DNA of 64,000 nucleotides from Bacillota bacterium. GTDB taxonomy: Bacteria; Bacillota; Limnochordia; Limnochordales; DUMU01. Both the position numbers and the translations under genes were made by a program. The stretch's first letter is position 1; the number at the start of each line of letters is the position of its first letter. A model generated the notes under the pieces. The model saw only the letters and a list, made by a program, of their open reading frames with translations, did not search any database and was not told the DNA's origin. The DNA lies in contig DUMU01000005.1 of assembly GCA_012839805.1 (NCBI GenBank), forward strand, positions 31,807-95,806, written 5' to 3'. Below are positions 1-9,106 of the stretch, one piece after another.

Positions 1-15
1 AGCGGAGGTGATCAA

Positions 16-201
16 GTGGCTAAGAAGTCTATGGTGGTCAAAAGCCAGCGGCCGCCCAAGTACGAGGTCCGGCGGCACAATCGCTGCAAGATCTGCGGGA
101 GGCCCCGGGCGTACATGCGGCGCTTCGGGATGTGCCGTATCTGCTTCCGGGTCCTCGCCAGCCGCGGGGAGATTCCCGGAGTAACCAAGGCCAGCTGGTG
201 A
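16..201 (+). CDS. rpsN: 30S ribosomal protein S14, zinc-binding type Z (61 aa)
   Basis: GTG start. Short 61-aa form with CKICGRP...CRIC cysteine pairs. Sits directly before S8 as in the spc operon. Confidence 0.93.
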   Translation: MAKKSMVVKSQRPPKYEVRRHNRCKICGRPRAYMRRFGMCRICFRVLASRGEIPGVTKASW

Positions 202-222
202 GAGGGAGGTCGGGTAAGAGCG

Positions 223-615
223 ATGACTGATCCTGTAGGGGATATGCTTACCAGAATCCGCAACGCTTACGCGGCCCGGCACGAGCGGGTCGACGTGCCG
301 CACTCCCGCTTCAAGGCGGAGCTGGCCCGGATCATGAAGGAAGAGGGGTACATCCGGGGATACGAGGTAGTCTCTACCGATGGGAAGCCGGCACTGCGCA
401 TCCACCTGAAATATGGTGAGGGGCGCCGTTCGGCCGTAAGTGGGATCCGCCGGATCAGCAAGCCGGGGTTGAGGATCTATGTCGGTAAAGACAGGATACC
501 GAAGGTACTGGGTGGTCTAGGGGTAGCGATACTGTCCACGCCGCAAGGTGTGATGTCCGATCGTGAGGCCCGCCGCAAGGGGATCGGCGGCGAGGTGGTC
601 TGCTACGTCTGGTGA
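223..615 (+). CDS. rpsH: 30S ribosomal protein S8
   Basis: N-terminus [15 protein letters not shown] is typical of S8. GAGGGAGG RBS upstream. Operon position between S14 and L6. Confidence 0.95.
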   Translation: MTDPVGDMLTRIRNAYAARHERVDVPHSRFKAELARIMKEEGYIRGYEVVSTDGKPALRIHLKYGEGRRSAVSGIRRISKPGLRIYVGKDRIPKVLGGLGVAILSTPQGVMSDREARRKGIGGEVVCYVW

Positions 616-629
616 AAGGGGGTCAAGGT

Positions 630-1184
630 GTGTCACGGATCGGTAAGATGCCGGTAGTGATTCCGTCCGGAGTCGAGGTAACCGTAGACGGGAACACGAA
701 TACCGTTCGGGTCAAAGGCCCGAAGGGAGAGTTGACTCGACGGTTCCACCCCGACATGCGTATCGTCGTCGAAGACGGGCGGGTGCGGGTGGAACGTCCC
801 TCGGATGAAAAGGAACACCGGGCACTACACGGCCTGACCCGTGCGCTCATCGCCAATATGATGCACGGTGTGACCGCGGGTTATGAACGCACCCTGGAGA
901 TTGCAGGGGTTGGTTACCGGGCGGCCCGGCAGGGTAACAAGCTGGTACTCACGGTGGGATTCAGCCACCCGGTAGAGATCGAGCCGCCGGCAGGCATCGA
1001 AATCGAAGTGCCCAGCCCGAACCGTTTGACGGTGAAGGGGGCGGACAAGGAGCTGGTAGGGCAGGTGGCAGCCCTCATCCGGGCAGTCCGCCCCGCGGAA
1101 CCTTACCTGGGCAAAGGAATCAGCTACGAAGGTGAACACATACGGCGCAAGGCGGGTAAGGCCGGAAAGGTTGCCAAGAAATAG
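630..1184 (+). CDS. rplF: 50S ribosomal protein L6
   Basis: The SRIGKMPV N-terminus matches L6. I prefer the GTG at 630 (AAAGGGGG RBS at 615-622) over the track start at 612, which overlaps the rpsH stop. Confidence 0.92.
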   Translation: MSRIGKMPVVIPSGVEVTVDGNTNTVRVKGPKGELTRRFHPDMRIVVEDGRVRVERPSDEKEHRALHGLTRALIANMMHGVTAGYERTLEIAGVGYRAARQGNKLVLTVGFSHPVEIEPPAGIEIEVPSPNRLTVKGADKELVGQVAALIRAVRPAEPYLGKGISYEGEHIRRKAGKAGKVAKK

Positions 1185-1209
1185 TGAACAGGGGAGGTAA
1201 CAACGGAGG

Positions 1210-1575
1210 ATGGCCCAGAGATCGACAATAGAGGCCAGACGCCAGCGCCACCTGCGAGTCCGCCGGCGCGTGGCAGGCACGGCCGAGCGGCCGCGACTTG
1301 CGGTCTTCCGTAGCCACCGGCACGTCTATGCCCAGCTGATCGACGATACCGCGGGAAGGACGATCGCGACCGCCTCGACCGTCGAGGCCGGGCTGCGGGG
1401 CAAATTGGAGTCTACGGGCACGATCGAGGCGGCCCGGGCGGTCGGCAGACTCATAGCCGAGCGGGCCCGCGAGAAAGGCATAGAACAGGTGGTATTCGAC
1501 CGCGGCGGCTACCTCTACCACGGGCGGGTCGCGGCGGTGGCGGAAGGCGCGCGGGAAGCCGGGCTCAAATTCTAG
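1210..1575 (+). CDS. rplR: 50S ribosomal protein L18
   Basis: ATG with [28 protein letters not shown] motif. Operon position. Confidence 0.94.
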   Translation: MAQRSTIEARRQRHLRVRRRVAGTAERPRLAVFRSHRHVYAQLIDDTAGRTIATASTVEAGLRGKLESTGTIEAARAVGRLIAERAREKGIEQVVFDRGGYLYHGRVAAVAEGAREAGLKF

Positions 1576-1587
1576 GGGGGAAGGCGT

Positions 1588-2088
1588 TTGGCGAGGCGAA
1601 ACGACGAACAAGGGATGGATCTCGAGGAGCGGGTAGTAAGCATCAACGCGGTCTCCAAGACCGTAAAAGGTGGCAAGCGCCGGAGTTTCACCGCGCTGGT
1701 GGTAGTCGGAGACCGCCGCGGTCATGTTGGCGTAGGCCTGGGGAAGGCGAACGAGGTGGCAGACGCCATCCGCAAGGGCGTGGAGGAAGCCAAGAAGAAC
1801 CTCATTGCGGTGCCCTTGCGAGGCACGACTATTCCCCATCCCATCCTTACTCGCTACTCCGGGGCGGTCATCCTGCTTAAACCGGCTTCGGAGGGAACGG
1901 GGTTGATCGCGGGGGGATCGGCCCGGGCGGTACTGGAACTTGCCGGGGTGCGTGACATCCTGACCAAGAACCTCGGGTCGACCAATCCCATCAACGTGGT
2001 AAGGGCAACATTCACTGCCCTTCGTCAACTGCGGACTCCTGAAGAAGTGGCTCGCTTGCGCGGCCTGGAGGTGCAGGAGATCGGCTAG
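1588..2088 (+). CDS. rpsE: 30S ribosomal protein S5
   Basis: TTG start. [27 protein letters not shown] motif. Operon position. Confidence 0.94.
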   Translation: MARRNDEQGMDLEERVVSINAVSKTVKGGKRRSFTALVVVGDRRGHVGVGLGKANEVADAIRKGVEEAKKNLIAVPLRGTTIPHPILTRYSGAVILLKPASEGTGLIAGGSARAVLELAGVRDILTKNLGSTNPINVVRATFTALRQLRTPEEVARLRGLEVQEIG

Positions 2089-2138
2089 TTGTTTTACTGG
2101 TGGTCGGTGGGAACCACACTCGTAGGAGGGATTGGAAA

Positions 2139-2585
2139 GTGCAAGTTCACGAGCTACATCCCGCACCCGGCGCACGGCCGCAGCGTCATCGTGTCGGCCG
2201 GGGAGTCGGTTCGGGCTGGGGGAAGCGGGCCGGCCGCGGCCAGAAAGGTCAGAAATCCCGCAGCGGAAGGGGGAAGGGGCCGGCTTTCGAAGGAGGACAG
2301 ACTCCGCTCCACCGGCGACTCCCCAAGCGAGGCTTCATTCCCATCGCGAAGCGGGTGTTCGAGGTGGTACCGCTTGCGGTGTTGAACGGCTTTCCCGCCG
2401 GTAGCGTGGTAACGCCGCAGGACCTCCGGGAGGCGGGGTTGGTTAAGGAGGGTACTGCGGTCAAGATTCTCGGGGGTGGTGAACTCAAAATAGCCCTGAC
2501 CGTGCAGGCCCACGCGTTCAGTAAGAGCGCACGAACCGGCATTGAAGCCGCCGGCGGGAAGGCCGAGGTGATCGCGAGTGCTTGA
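2139..2585 (+). CDS. rplO: 50S ribosomal protein L15
   Basis: VHELHPAPGA...GRGxGSGxGKxxGRGxKGQ is L15-like. The GTG at 2139 is preceded by GTAGGAGGG (2122-2130). The track start at 2100 is less likely. Confidence 0.9.
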   Translation: MQVHELHPAPGARPQRHRVGRGVGSGWGKRAGRGQKGQKSRSGRGKGPAFEGGQTPLHRRLPKRGFIPIAKRVFEVVPLAVLNGFPAGSVVTPQDLREAGLVKEGTAVKILGGGELKIALTVQAHAFSKSARTGIEAAGGKAEVIASA

Positions 2586-3843
2586 CACGCTGCGTAACGC
2601 GGTCCGGGTTTCCGACCTGCGTCGCCGGGTGCTCTATACCCTGGGGATGCTGGCTCTTTTTCGCCTGGGATCGTATATCCCGGTCCCGGGGGTAGACCCG
2701 CGTGCTTTCGCCGACCTGCTACACGGGGAGACCGGTAATGTCTTCGGCCTGCTCGACCTCTTCGCCGGGGGTGCTCTGTCTAACTTTTCCATTTTCGCCC
2801 TGGGAGTCAACCCGTATATTACCTCGTCCATTATCTTACAGCTCCTCACCGTAGTCATTCCGTCCCTGGAGGAGCTGGCCAAAGAGGGGGTAGAGGGTAG
2901 AAAGGTTCTGGCGCAGTACACCCGGTGGGGAACGGTGGTGCTGGGATTCGTGCAGGCGATGGCCACCGTGCTGCTGGCGACCCGGGGCGGGCTCGTAGAG
3001 CGCGACTTTCTGTCGATCAGCGTCATTCTGGTGAGCCTCACCGCAGGATCCATGCTCCTTATGTGGATGGGCGAGTTGATGACCGAAAACGGGATCGGAA
3101 ACGGGATTTCCTTGATCATTTTCGCCGGAATCGTGGCCCGCTTCCCGCAGTACGCCGTCCGGGTGGTGACGGCGCTCGGACCGGGCGGCGTCTCTTACCT
3201 GGGCGTCGTTCTCTACATCATCCTGGGGCTGGCCGTGGTCGTCGCCGTGGTGATGATGCAGGAGGGGGTTCGCCGGATTCCGGTTCAGTATGCGCGGCGG
3301 GTAGTGGGCCGGCGGATGTATGGCGGCCAGAGCACCCATATTCCCCTCCGAGTCAACTCGGCCGGTGTGATGCCGGTCATCTTTGCTTCGTCCCTCCTGA
3401 CTTTCCCGGCTACGATCGGTTCGTGGTTTCCCGCTCTGTCGGGCATCGAACGCTGGATGGGTTATGGTACGTGGGGGTACAACTTGATCTATGCAATCCT
3501 CGTCATTTTCTTCACGTACTTTTACACGGCGGTGACCTTCAACCCGAACGACGTGGCCGACAACCTGAAGAAGTGGGGCGGGTTCATTCCGGGACTGCGG
3601 CCCGGCCGGCCCACCGCGGAGTTCCTGGACCGGATCCTGACCCGGATAACCTTGGTGGGAGCGATATTCCTGGCCTTCATAGCCATCCTGCCCACCTTGA
3701 TGGCGCGGGTAACGGGGATACCGACGAGCCTCGTCTACTTCGGAGGTACATCGCTCCTCATCGTGGTGGGCGTGGCCCTGGATACGATGAAACAGATCGA
3801 GTCGCAGCTCTTGATGCGGCATTATGAAGGGTTCCTGAGATAA
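2578..3843 (+). CDS. secY: Preprotein translocase subunit SecY
   Basis: 421 aa, multi-TM protein. N-terminal DLRRRVLYTLGMLALFRLGSYIPVPGV motif. Position after rplO. Confidence 0.95.
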   Translation: MLDTLRNAVRVSDLRRRVLYTLGMLALFRLGSYIPVPGVDPRAFADLLHGETGNVFGLLDLFAGGALSNFSIFALGVNPYITSSIILQLLTVVIPSLEELAKEGVEGRKVLAQYTRWGTVVLGFVQAMATVLLATRGGLVERDFLSISVILVSLTAGSMLLMWMGELMTENGIGNGISLIIFAGIVARFPQYAVRVVTALGPGGVSYLGVVLYIILGLAVVVAVVMMQEGVRRIPVQYARRVVGRRMYGGQSTHIPLRVNSAGVMPVIFASSLLTFPATIGSWFPALSGIERWMGYGTWGYNLIYAILVIFFTYFYTAVTFNPNDVADNLKKWGGFIPGLRPGRPTAEFLDRILTRITLVGAIFLAFIAILPTLMARVTGIPTSLVYFGGTSLLIVVGVALDTMKQIESQLLMRHYEGFLR

Positions 3844-3854
3844 GGGGGAGGCAA

Positions 3855-4565
3855 GTGCGGCTGGTCCTTTTGGGAATACCCGGAGCCGGGAAGGGCACTC
3901 AGGCCGCCTTGTTGGCGGAGCGCTACGGGATTCCCGCCATTTCCACCGGAGCGATACTCCGGGAGGCCATCCGGGCGGGCCTGCCGGTGGGGGAACGGGC
4001 CAGGCGCTACATCAACTTAGGACAGCTCGTCCCCGACGAAGTGATGACGGAGATCGTCCGGGTACGGCTGTCGGAGGCCGATTGCCGCCAGGGCTTCCTG
4101 CTCGATGGATTCCCGCGGACCTTACCGCAGGCGCGCATGTTGAGCCGGCTCCTGGAACGGCTGGGGCAGGCCCTCGATGCGGCCATCGACATACGGGTTT
4201 CGCCGGGAGTGGCAGTGGAGCGCATTGCCGGGCGGCTGGTCTGCCAGAAGTGCGGGCTTAGCGTTCAGCGTCGCGAGCTTGGTATTCCCAACGAGCCGGG
4301 GGCGGGGGAAGGCGGTGTCCTTTCCTGCCCGCGCTGCGGAGGCGAGCTCGGGCGCCGGACGGACGATACCGTGGCGACGGCAAGGGAGCGGATCGCCGTC
4401 TATCTGGTTCAAACCCGTCCCGTATCGGAGTACTATCGCCGTCTGGGGCTGCTGGAGGAGGTCGACGGCGAGCTGGAGATTCCCCAAACGTTCGCCGCCA
4501 TCGTGGGCAGGTTGGAAGAAAGGAAGCGACGGGCGGGGTGGCTGGGGGCCACCGCCCAGGGCTAA
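3855..4565 (+). CDS. adk: Adenylate kinase with a zinc-type LID (CxxC...CxxC)
   Basis: P-loop GIPGAGKGTQA. LID cysteines CQKCG...CPRCG. Position after secY. Confidence 0.94.
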   Translation: MRLVLLGIPGAGKGTQAALLAERYGIPAISTGAILREAIRAGLPVGERARRYINLGQLVPDEVMTEIVRVRLSEADCRQGFLLDGFPRTLPQARMLSRLLERLGQALDAAIDIRVSPGVAVERIAGRLVCQKCGLSVQRRELGIPNEPGAGEGGVLSCPRCGGELGRRTDDTVATARERIAVYLVQTRPVSEYYRRLGLLEEVDGELEIPQTFAAIVGRLEERKRRAGWLGATAQG

Positions 4566-4567
4566 TA

Positions 4568-5320
4568 ATGATCGTATTGAAAACGGCATCGGAACTGGCG
4601 GCCATGCGCCGGGCGGGGCAGGCGACCGCCCGGGCGCTCGCTCGGGTAGCCGAGGCCATCCGGCCCGGGGTCACGACCCGGGAGTTGGATGCGATCGCCG
4701 AGGAGGCGATCCGCAAGGAGGGAGGCGTGCCGGCGTTCAAGGGGTACCGGGGTTTTCCGGCCTCGGTCTGCTTGTCGGTCAACGAGGTGGTAGTTCACGG
4801 GATTCCCAGTGACCGCCGCCTTGAACCGGGAGACATCATCAGTATCGACATAGGGGTAATCCTGGAGGGCTTCTATGGCGACATGGCTCGCACCTTTCCG
4901 GTGGGAGCCATCAGTCCCCGGGCGGAACGGCTCCTCGCGGTGACGTGGGAAGCGCTGGAGCGGGGTATCGCGGCGGCGCGGGCGGGGTCGAGGGTGTCCG
5001 ACATCTCCTGGGCGATCCAGTCGTACGTGGAGGCACAAGGGTACTCGGTGGTGAAGGAGTTCGTGGGCCACGGTATCGGGCGGGAAATGCACGAAGATCC
5101 GCCGGTGCCCAACTACGGGCGCCCGGGGCGGGGGCCGCGACTTGAGCCAGGAATGGTTCTGGCCATCGAGCCCATGGTGAATGAGGGGCGGGACAAAATC
5201 AAGGTGCTTTCCGACCGGTGGACGGCCGTGACCGTAGACGGCAAGCTTTCCGCCCATTTTGAGGATACCGTGGCGATTTGGCCGGACCGGACCGAGATCC
5301 TCACCCGGCTTCCGGGATGA
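4568..5320 (+). CDS. map: Type I methionine aminopeptidase
   Basis: The ATG at 4568 lies just after the adk stop. MIVLKTASELAAMRRAG start and a VVHGIP metal-site motif. Confidence 0.93.
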   Translation: MIVLKTASELAAMRRAGQATARALARVAEAIRPGVTTRELDAIAEEAIRKEGGVPAFKGYRGFPASVCLSVNEVVVHGIPSDRRLEPGDIISIDIGVILEGFYGDMARTFPVGAISPRAERLLAVTWEALERGIAAARAGSRVSDISWAIQSYVEAQGYSVVKEFVGHGIGREMHEDPPVPNYGRPGRGPRLEPGMVLAIEPMVNEGRDKIKVLSDRWTAVTVDGKLSAHFEDTVAIWPDRTEILTRLPG

Positions 5321-5417
5321 TCGACCCCAGGACGGTGGGATGCTGGAACGTGCGGGAAGGCGCGATGACCGGGGAGGCGGGGCGAGCGGGTGGAACCGGA
5401 GAGGATAGGGATGAGGG

Positions 5418-5840
5418 ATGCCGGACGAGGCAGGGATGCCGGGGAGAGTGAACCCAACGAGGGATAAACAGATCGAGAGAGCCCGGGTTAGGGTCGGTCA
5501 GGTGGTCACCTCCCGGGCCGGCCGGGATGCCGGGCGTTCGTATCTGGTGGTGGGTTGGCGGGAAGACGGGCGGGTCCTGGTCGCGGATGGGGAAAGCCGG
5601 AGCGTGAAGAGGCCCAAGCCCAAGAACGTACGTCACCTCTGGGTGCACTCGATGTGGTATACTGACCCGGTATGGGTCGCCGACGATCGCCATGTGCGAG
5701 AGGCACTGGCGCGTTTCCGGAGGGATCAGGAGGCGGAGGATAAGGCGGGCGACGCGAGGGAGGGCAGGGCGACGGAGAACGGTACACCAAGGGCGAGAAA
5801 GGGGGGAGAGCGCGATGGCCGAGAAAGCGGAGACGATTGA
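5418..5840 (+). CDS. KOW-domain RNA-binding protein (YbzG-like) with a long charged C-terminal tail
   Basis: Core [20 protein letters not shown]...[20 protein letters not shown] resembles the small KOW protein found between map and infA in Bacillota. The start is uncertain (5418 or 5436). The 3' end overlaps infA by 26 nt. Confidence 0.65.
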   Translation: MPDEAGMPGRVNPTRDKQIERARVRVGQVVTSRAGRDAGRSYLVVGWREDGRVLVADGESRSVKRPKPKNVRHLWVHSMWYTDPVWVADDRHVREALARFRRDQEAEDKAGDAREGRATENGTPRARKGGERDGRESGDD

Positions 5841-6036
5841 GGTGCAGGGAGTCGTCCTGGAACCCTTACCAAATGCGATGTTTCGTGTAGAATTGGACAA
5901 CGGTCACCGGGTGCTCGCCCACATCTCGGGGAAGATGAGGATGAACTTCATCCGCATCCTGCCGGGGGACCGGGTGACCGTGGAGTTGTCGCCATACGAT
6001 CTGAGCCGGGGCAGGATCATCTACCGGTTCAAGTGA
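5815..6036 (+). CDS. infA: Translation initiation factor IF-1
   Basis: Internal ATG at 5815 with a GAAAGGGGGGAGAG RBS. The sequence [29 protein letters not shown]...GRIIYRFK is canonical IF-1. Confidence 0.95.
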   Translation: MAEKAETIEVQGVVLEPLPNAMFRVELDNGHRVLAHISGKMRMNFIRILPGDRVTVELSPYDLSRGRIIYRFK

Positions 6037-6050
6037 CGGGGGGGCGAGGA

Positions 6051-6164
6051 ATGAAAGTGCGCGCTTCGGTGAGGCGAATCTGCGAGAAGTGCAAGGTGAT
6101 CCGGCGCAAAGGCCGGGTGATGATCATCTGCGAAAATCCCAAGCACAAGCAGCGTCAGGGGTAG
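6051..6164 (+). CDS. rpmJ: 50S ribosomal protein L36 (37 aa; below the ORF-track length cutoff)
   Basis: Hand translation gives [37 protein letters not shown]. Position between infA and rpsM. Confidence 0.93.
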   Translation: MKVRASVRRICEKCKVIRRKGRVMIICENPKHKQRQG

Positions 6165-6215
6165 ACTGGGGGAAGAGCTGGGGAAGAGAAGTCGGAAGAG
6201 AGAAGGAGGTATACG

Positions 6216-6602
6216 ATGGCACGCATCGCTGGGGTGGATCTGCCGCGGGATAAGCGGATCGAGATCGCCCTCACGTACATCTACGGCATAGGGCTTAGCA
6301 CTTCGCGGCAGATCCTTCAGAAGACCAACGTGAATCCGGATACCAGGGTCAAGGATCTGACGGAGGACGAGATCTCCCGTCTTCGTGACACCATCGACAA
6401 AGAGTACAAGGTGGAAGGCGACCTGCGCCGTGAGGTGGCGGCCAACATCAAGCGGTTGATCGACATCGGGTCGTACCGGGGCTTGCGCCACCGTCGGGGG
6501 CTTCCGGTCCGGGGTCAGCGTACCCGGACGAACGCTCGCACCCGCAAGGGCCCGCGCAAGACCGTGGGAGTACGCCGGGCCAAGACGGTTGGGAAGCCTT
6601 AA
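6216..6602 (+). CDS. rpsM: 30S ribosomal protein S13
   Basis: [27 protein letters not shown]-terminus. GAAGGAGG RBS. Confidence 0.95.
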   Translation: MARIAGVDLPRDKRIEIALTYIYGIGLSTSRQILQKTNVNPDTRVKDLTEDEISRLRDTIDKEYKVEGDLRREVAANIKRLIDIGSYRGLRHRRGLPVRGQRTRTNARTRKGPRKTVGVRRAKTVGKP

Positions 6603-6639
6603 CCGGTAACGCAGGAGCGAAAAAGGGGGTTGGTTTCGG

Positions 6640-7038
6640 ATGCCTAGGGCACGCACCGCAACGGCAAGGCCGCGCCGGCGGGAAAGAAAGAACGTTCCCA
6701 GTGGGATTGCCCACATCAAGTCGACTTTCAACAACACCATCGTGACCATCACCGACGAGCGGGGGAACGTGATCTCCTGGGCGAGTGCCGGGCACGTGGG
6801 ATTCAAGGGTTCGCGCAAAGGTACGCCGTATGCCGCCGGATTGGCAGCAGAGAAAGCGGCCCGGGCCGCCATGGACCATGGCATGCGTGAGGTCCAGGTC
6901 CTGGTGAAAGGGCCGGGGGCGGGGCGGGAAACTGCCATCCGTTCTTTACAGGCCGCGGGGCTCGACGTGACCGTGATCAAGGACGTCACGCCGATCCCGC
7001 ACAATGGCTGCCGCCCGCCCAAGCGCCGGCGTGTCTAA
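6640..7038 (+). CDS. rpsK: 30S ribosomal protein S11
   Basis: [18 protein letters not shown]...[13 protein letters not shown] motif. Operon position. Confidence 0.95.
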   Translation: MPRARTATARPRRRERKNVPSGIAHIKSTFNNTIVTITDERGNVISWASAGHVGFKGSRKGTPYAAGLAAEKAARAAMDHGMREVQVLVKGPGAGRETAIRSLQAAGLDVTVIKDVTPIPHNGCRPPKRRRV

Positions 7039-7073
7039 ATTGATTGTTCACGAAGGAGTTTGGAGGTGCATTG

Positions 7074-7703
7074 ATGGCGCGCTATACAGAGTCGGTCTGC
7101 GTTCTCTGCCGCCGTGAGGGGCTCAAGCTCTATCTAAAGGGAGAGAGATGCTATACTCCCAAGTGTCCCATCGAACGGCGCAATTACCCGCCGGGCCAGC
7201 ACGGGCAAGGGAGGAAGCGTGTCACCGATTACGGCCAGCACCTGCGAGAGAAGCAGAAGCTGCGCCGGATCTACGGGGTAATGGAAAGGCAGTTCCGCCG
7301 CTACTACGAGAAAGCGGCCCGCCACCGCGGGATTACGGGCGTGGCGCTCCTGCAGATGCTGGAGATGCGCCTTGACAACATTGTCTACCGGCTGGGGTTC
7401 GGGAGTTCTCGGGCTCAGGCTCGCCAGCTGGTAAGCCACGGCCATATCGCGGTGAACGGCCGGAAGGTGGATATCCCGTCTTACCAGGTGAAGCCGGGGG
7501 ACGTAATTTCGGTGCGGGAAGGAAGCCGGGACCTGGATATCATCAAGCAGAATCTCGAGGCGGCAGCCAGCCGGGGCACGCCCGCATGGCTCGAGCTCAA
7601 CGCGGAGCAGTATCAGGGACGTGTCCTGGCGGTGCCCGCTCGTGAGCAGATCACCGACGTTCCCGTCCAGGAGAGCCTGATCGTTGAGTTCTACTCGCGC
7701 TGA
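7074..7703 (+). CDS. rpsD: 30S ribosomal protein S4 (zinc-ribbon N-terminus)
   Basis: ATG at 7074 with GGAGGTG RBS (7062-7068). [16 protein letters not shown]... matches S4. Confidence 0.94.
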   Translation: MARYTESVCVLCRREGLKLYLKGERCYTPKCPIERRNYPPGQHGQGRKRVTDYGQHLREKQKLRRIYGVMERQFRRYYEKAARHRGITGVALLQMLEMRLDNIVYRLGFGSSRAQARQLVSHGHIAVNGRKVDIPSYQVKPGDVISVREGSRDLDIIKQNLEAAASRGTPAWLELNAEQYQGRVLAVPAREQITDVPVQESLIVEFYSR

Positions 7704-7754
7704 TAGCCCGGCTTGGGACGGGCGCAAGCGGTAGAACAGGGAGGGGTCGGGATC

Positions 7755-8696
7755 GTGATCGAAAGACCTCGGATCGAGCAAGTGGAGCTCACCCCGGAAT
7801 ACGGGAAGTTCGTGGTGGAGCCGCTGGAGCGCGGCTACGGGATTACCTTAGGCAATGCGCTGCGGCGAGTCCTCCTTTCATCGCTTCCCGGGGCCGCGCC
7901 CACCTGGGTTCGCATCGACGGCGTCCTGCACGAGTTCTCCACCATTCCGGGGGTGGTGGAGGATACGACGGAGATCGTCCTCAACTTGAAAGATCTGCTG
8001 GTTCGGGTTTACAGCGACGAACCGGTACTGGCTCGCCTGGACGTGGAGGCCGGGGACACCGAACGGGAGGTGACCGCCGCCGACATCATCTGCCCGGCGG
8101 AGGCGGAAATCCTGAACCCGGATCTGCACATCGCAACGCTCAGTCCCGGTGGACGCCTGGGGATGGAGCTCCAACTCGCCACCGGGCGAGGATACGTACC
8201 GGCGGAGCGGAACAAACCGGCGCAGAAAACCATCGGGTTGATCCCGATCGATTCGATTTATACGCCCATCCGCCGGGTGAATTACCGGGTTACGGCCACC
8301 CGCGTCGGTCAGGTCACGGATTATGATCGCCTGGAATTGGAGGTCTGGACGAACCGGACGATCTCGCCGGACGATGCGGTGGCTCAGGCAGCCAGAATCC
8401 TATCGGAGTACCTCGATCTCTTCCGAACCCTGGGCCAAGGAGGAGATGGAGAATATGCCGCCGAACCCCGGCAGGAGGAAGAGCTGCGCCTCCTGGCCCA
8501 GCCCATCGAGGAACTGGATCTTTCGGTCCGTTCCTACAACTGTTTGAAGCGGGCGGGGATCAACACCATCGGTGAGTTAACCCGTAAGACCGAGGACGAC
8601 ATGATGAAGGTACGGAACATGGGGAAGAAGTCGCTCCAGGAGGTCAAGGAAAAGCTGGCCAAACTGGGGCTGGCGTTGCGGCCCTCCGACGAATGA
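7755..8696 (+). CDS. rpoA: DNA-directed RNA polymerase subunit alpha
   Basis: GTG at 7755 after [35 protein letters not shown]-terminus and a C-terminal alpha-CTD ([13 protein letters not shown]). Confidence 0.94.
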   Translation: MIERPRIEQVELTPEYGKFVVEPLERGYGITLGNALRRVLLSSLPGAAPTWVRIDGVLHEFSTIPGVVEDTTEIVLNLKDLLVRVYSDEPVLARLDVEAGDTEREVTAADIICPAEAEILNPDLHIATLSPGGRLGMELQLATGRGYVPAERNKPAQKTIGLIPIDSIYTPIRRVNYRVTATRVGQVTDYDRLELEVWTNRTISPDDAVAQAARILSEYLDLFRTLGQGGDGEYAAEPRQEEELRLLAQPIEELDLSVRSYNCLKRAGINTIGELTRKTEDDMMKVRNMGKKSLQEVKEKLAKLGLALRPSDE

Positions 8697-8757
8697 AAGC
8701 TCCGTTGCCCATGCCGGGTAGGAGCCAGAGAAGAGCCGGGAAAGGGTGGATATAGCG

Positions 8758-9096
8758 GTGAGAGAACGCAAGCTCGGTCGCCCGAGCGGAGAGCGGAAGA
8801 TGCTTTTGCGCAATCTCGTCACTTCCCTTATCTTGAACGGGCGGATCCGGACTACCGAGGCCAAGGCTAAGGCGATCAAGCCGCTCGCGGATCGCATGGT
8901 CACCTTAGGGAAACGGGGTGATCTCCACGCCCGGCGGCAAGCAGCGGCGTGGCTGCTCGACCCGAAAGCAGTTCAAAAGTTATTTGGGGAGATTGCCCCC
9001 CGTTACCAGGAACGCCGGGGTGGCTATACCCGGGTGGTACGGGTAGGAGTGCGCACCGGCGACGGTGCACCGGAGGCTTTGATCGAGTGGATGTAA
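8758..9096 (+). CDS. rplQ: 50S ribosomal protein L17
   Basis: [17 protein letters not shown]...[13 protein letters not shown] motif. The GTG at 8758 has better RBS spacing than the track start at 8746; either is possible. Confidence 0.9.
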   Translation: MRERKLGRPSGERKMLLRNLVTSLILNGRIRTTEAKAKAIKPLADRMVTLGKRGDLHARRQAAAWLLDPKAVQKLFGEIAPRYQERRGGYTRVVRVGVRTGDGAPEALIEWM

Positions 9097-9106
9097 GGGG
9101 TCGGGT

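Noticed and set aside
4228-4365. Longer-than-usual spacer between the two CxxC pairs of the adenylate kinase LID (24 residues versus about 16 in Bacillus, from memory)
   Set aside because: LID-loop length varies among Adk proteins. It is not distinctive enough without an alignment.
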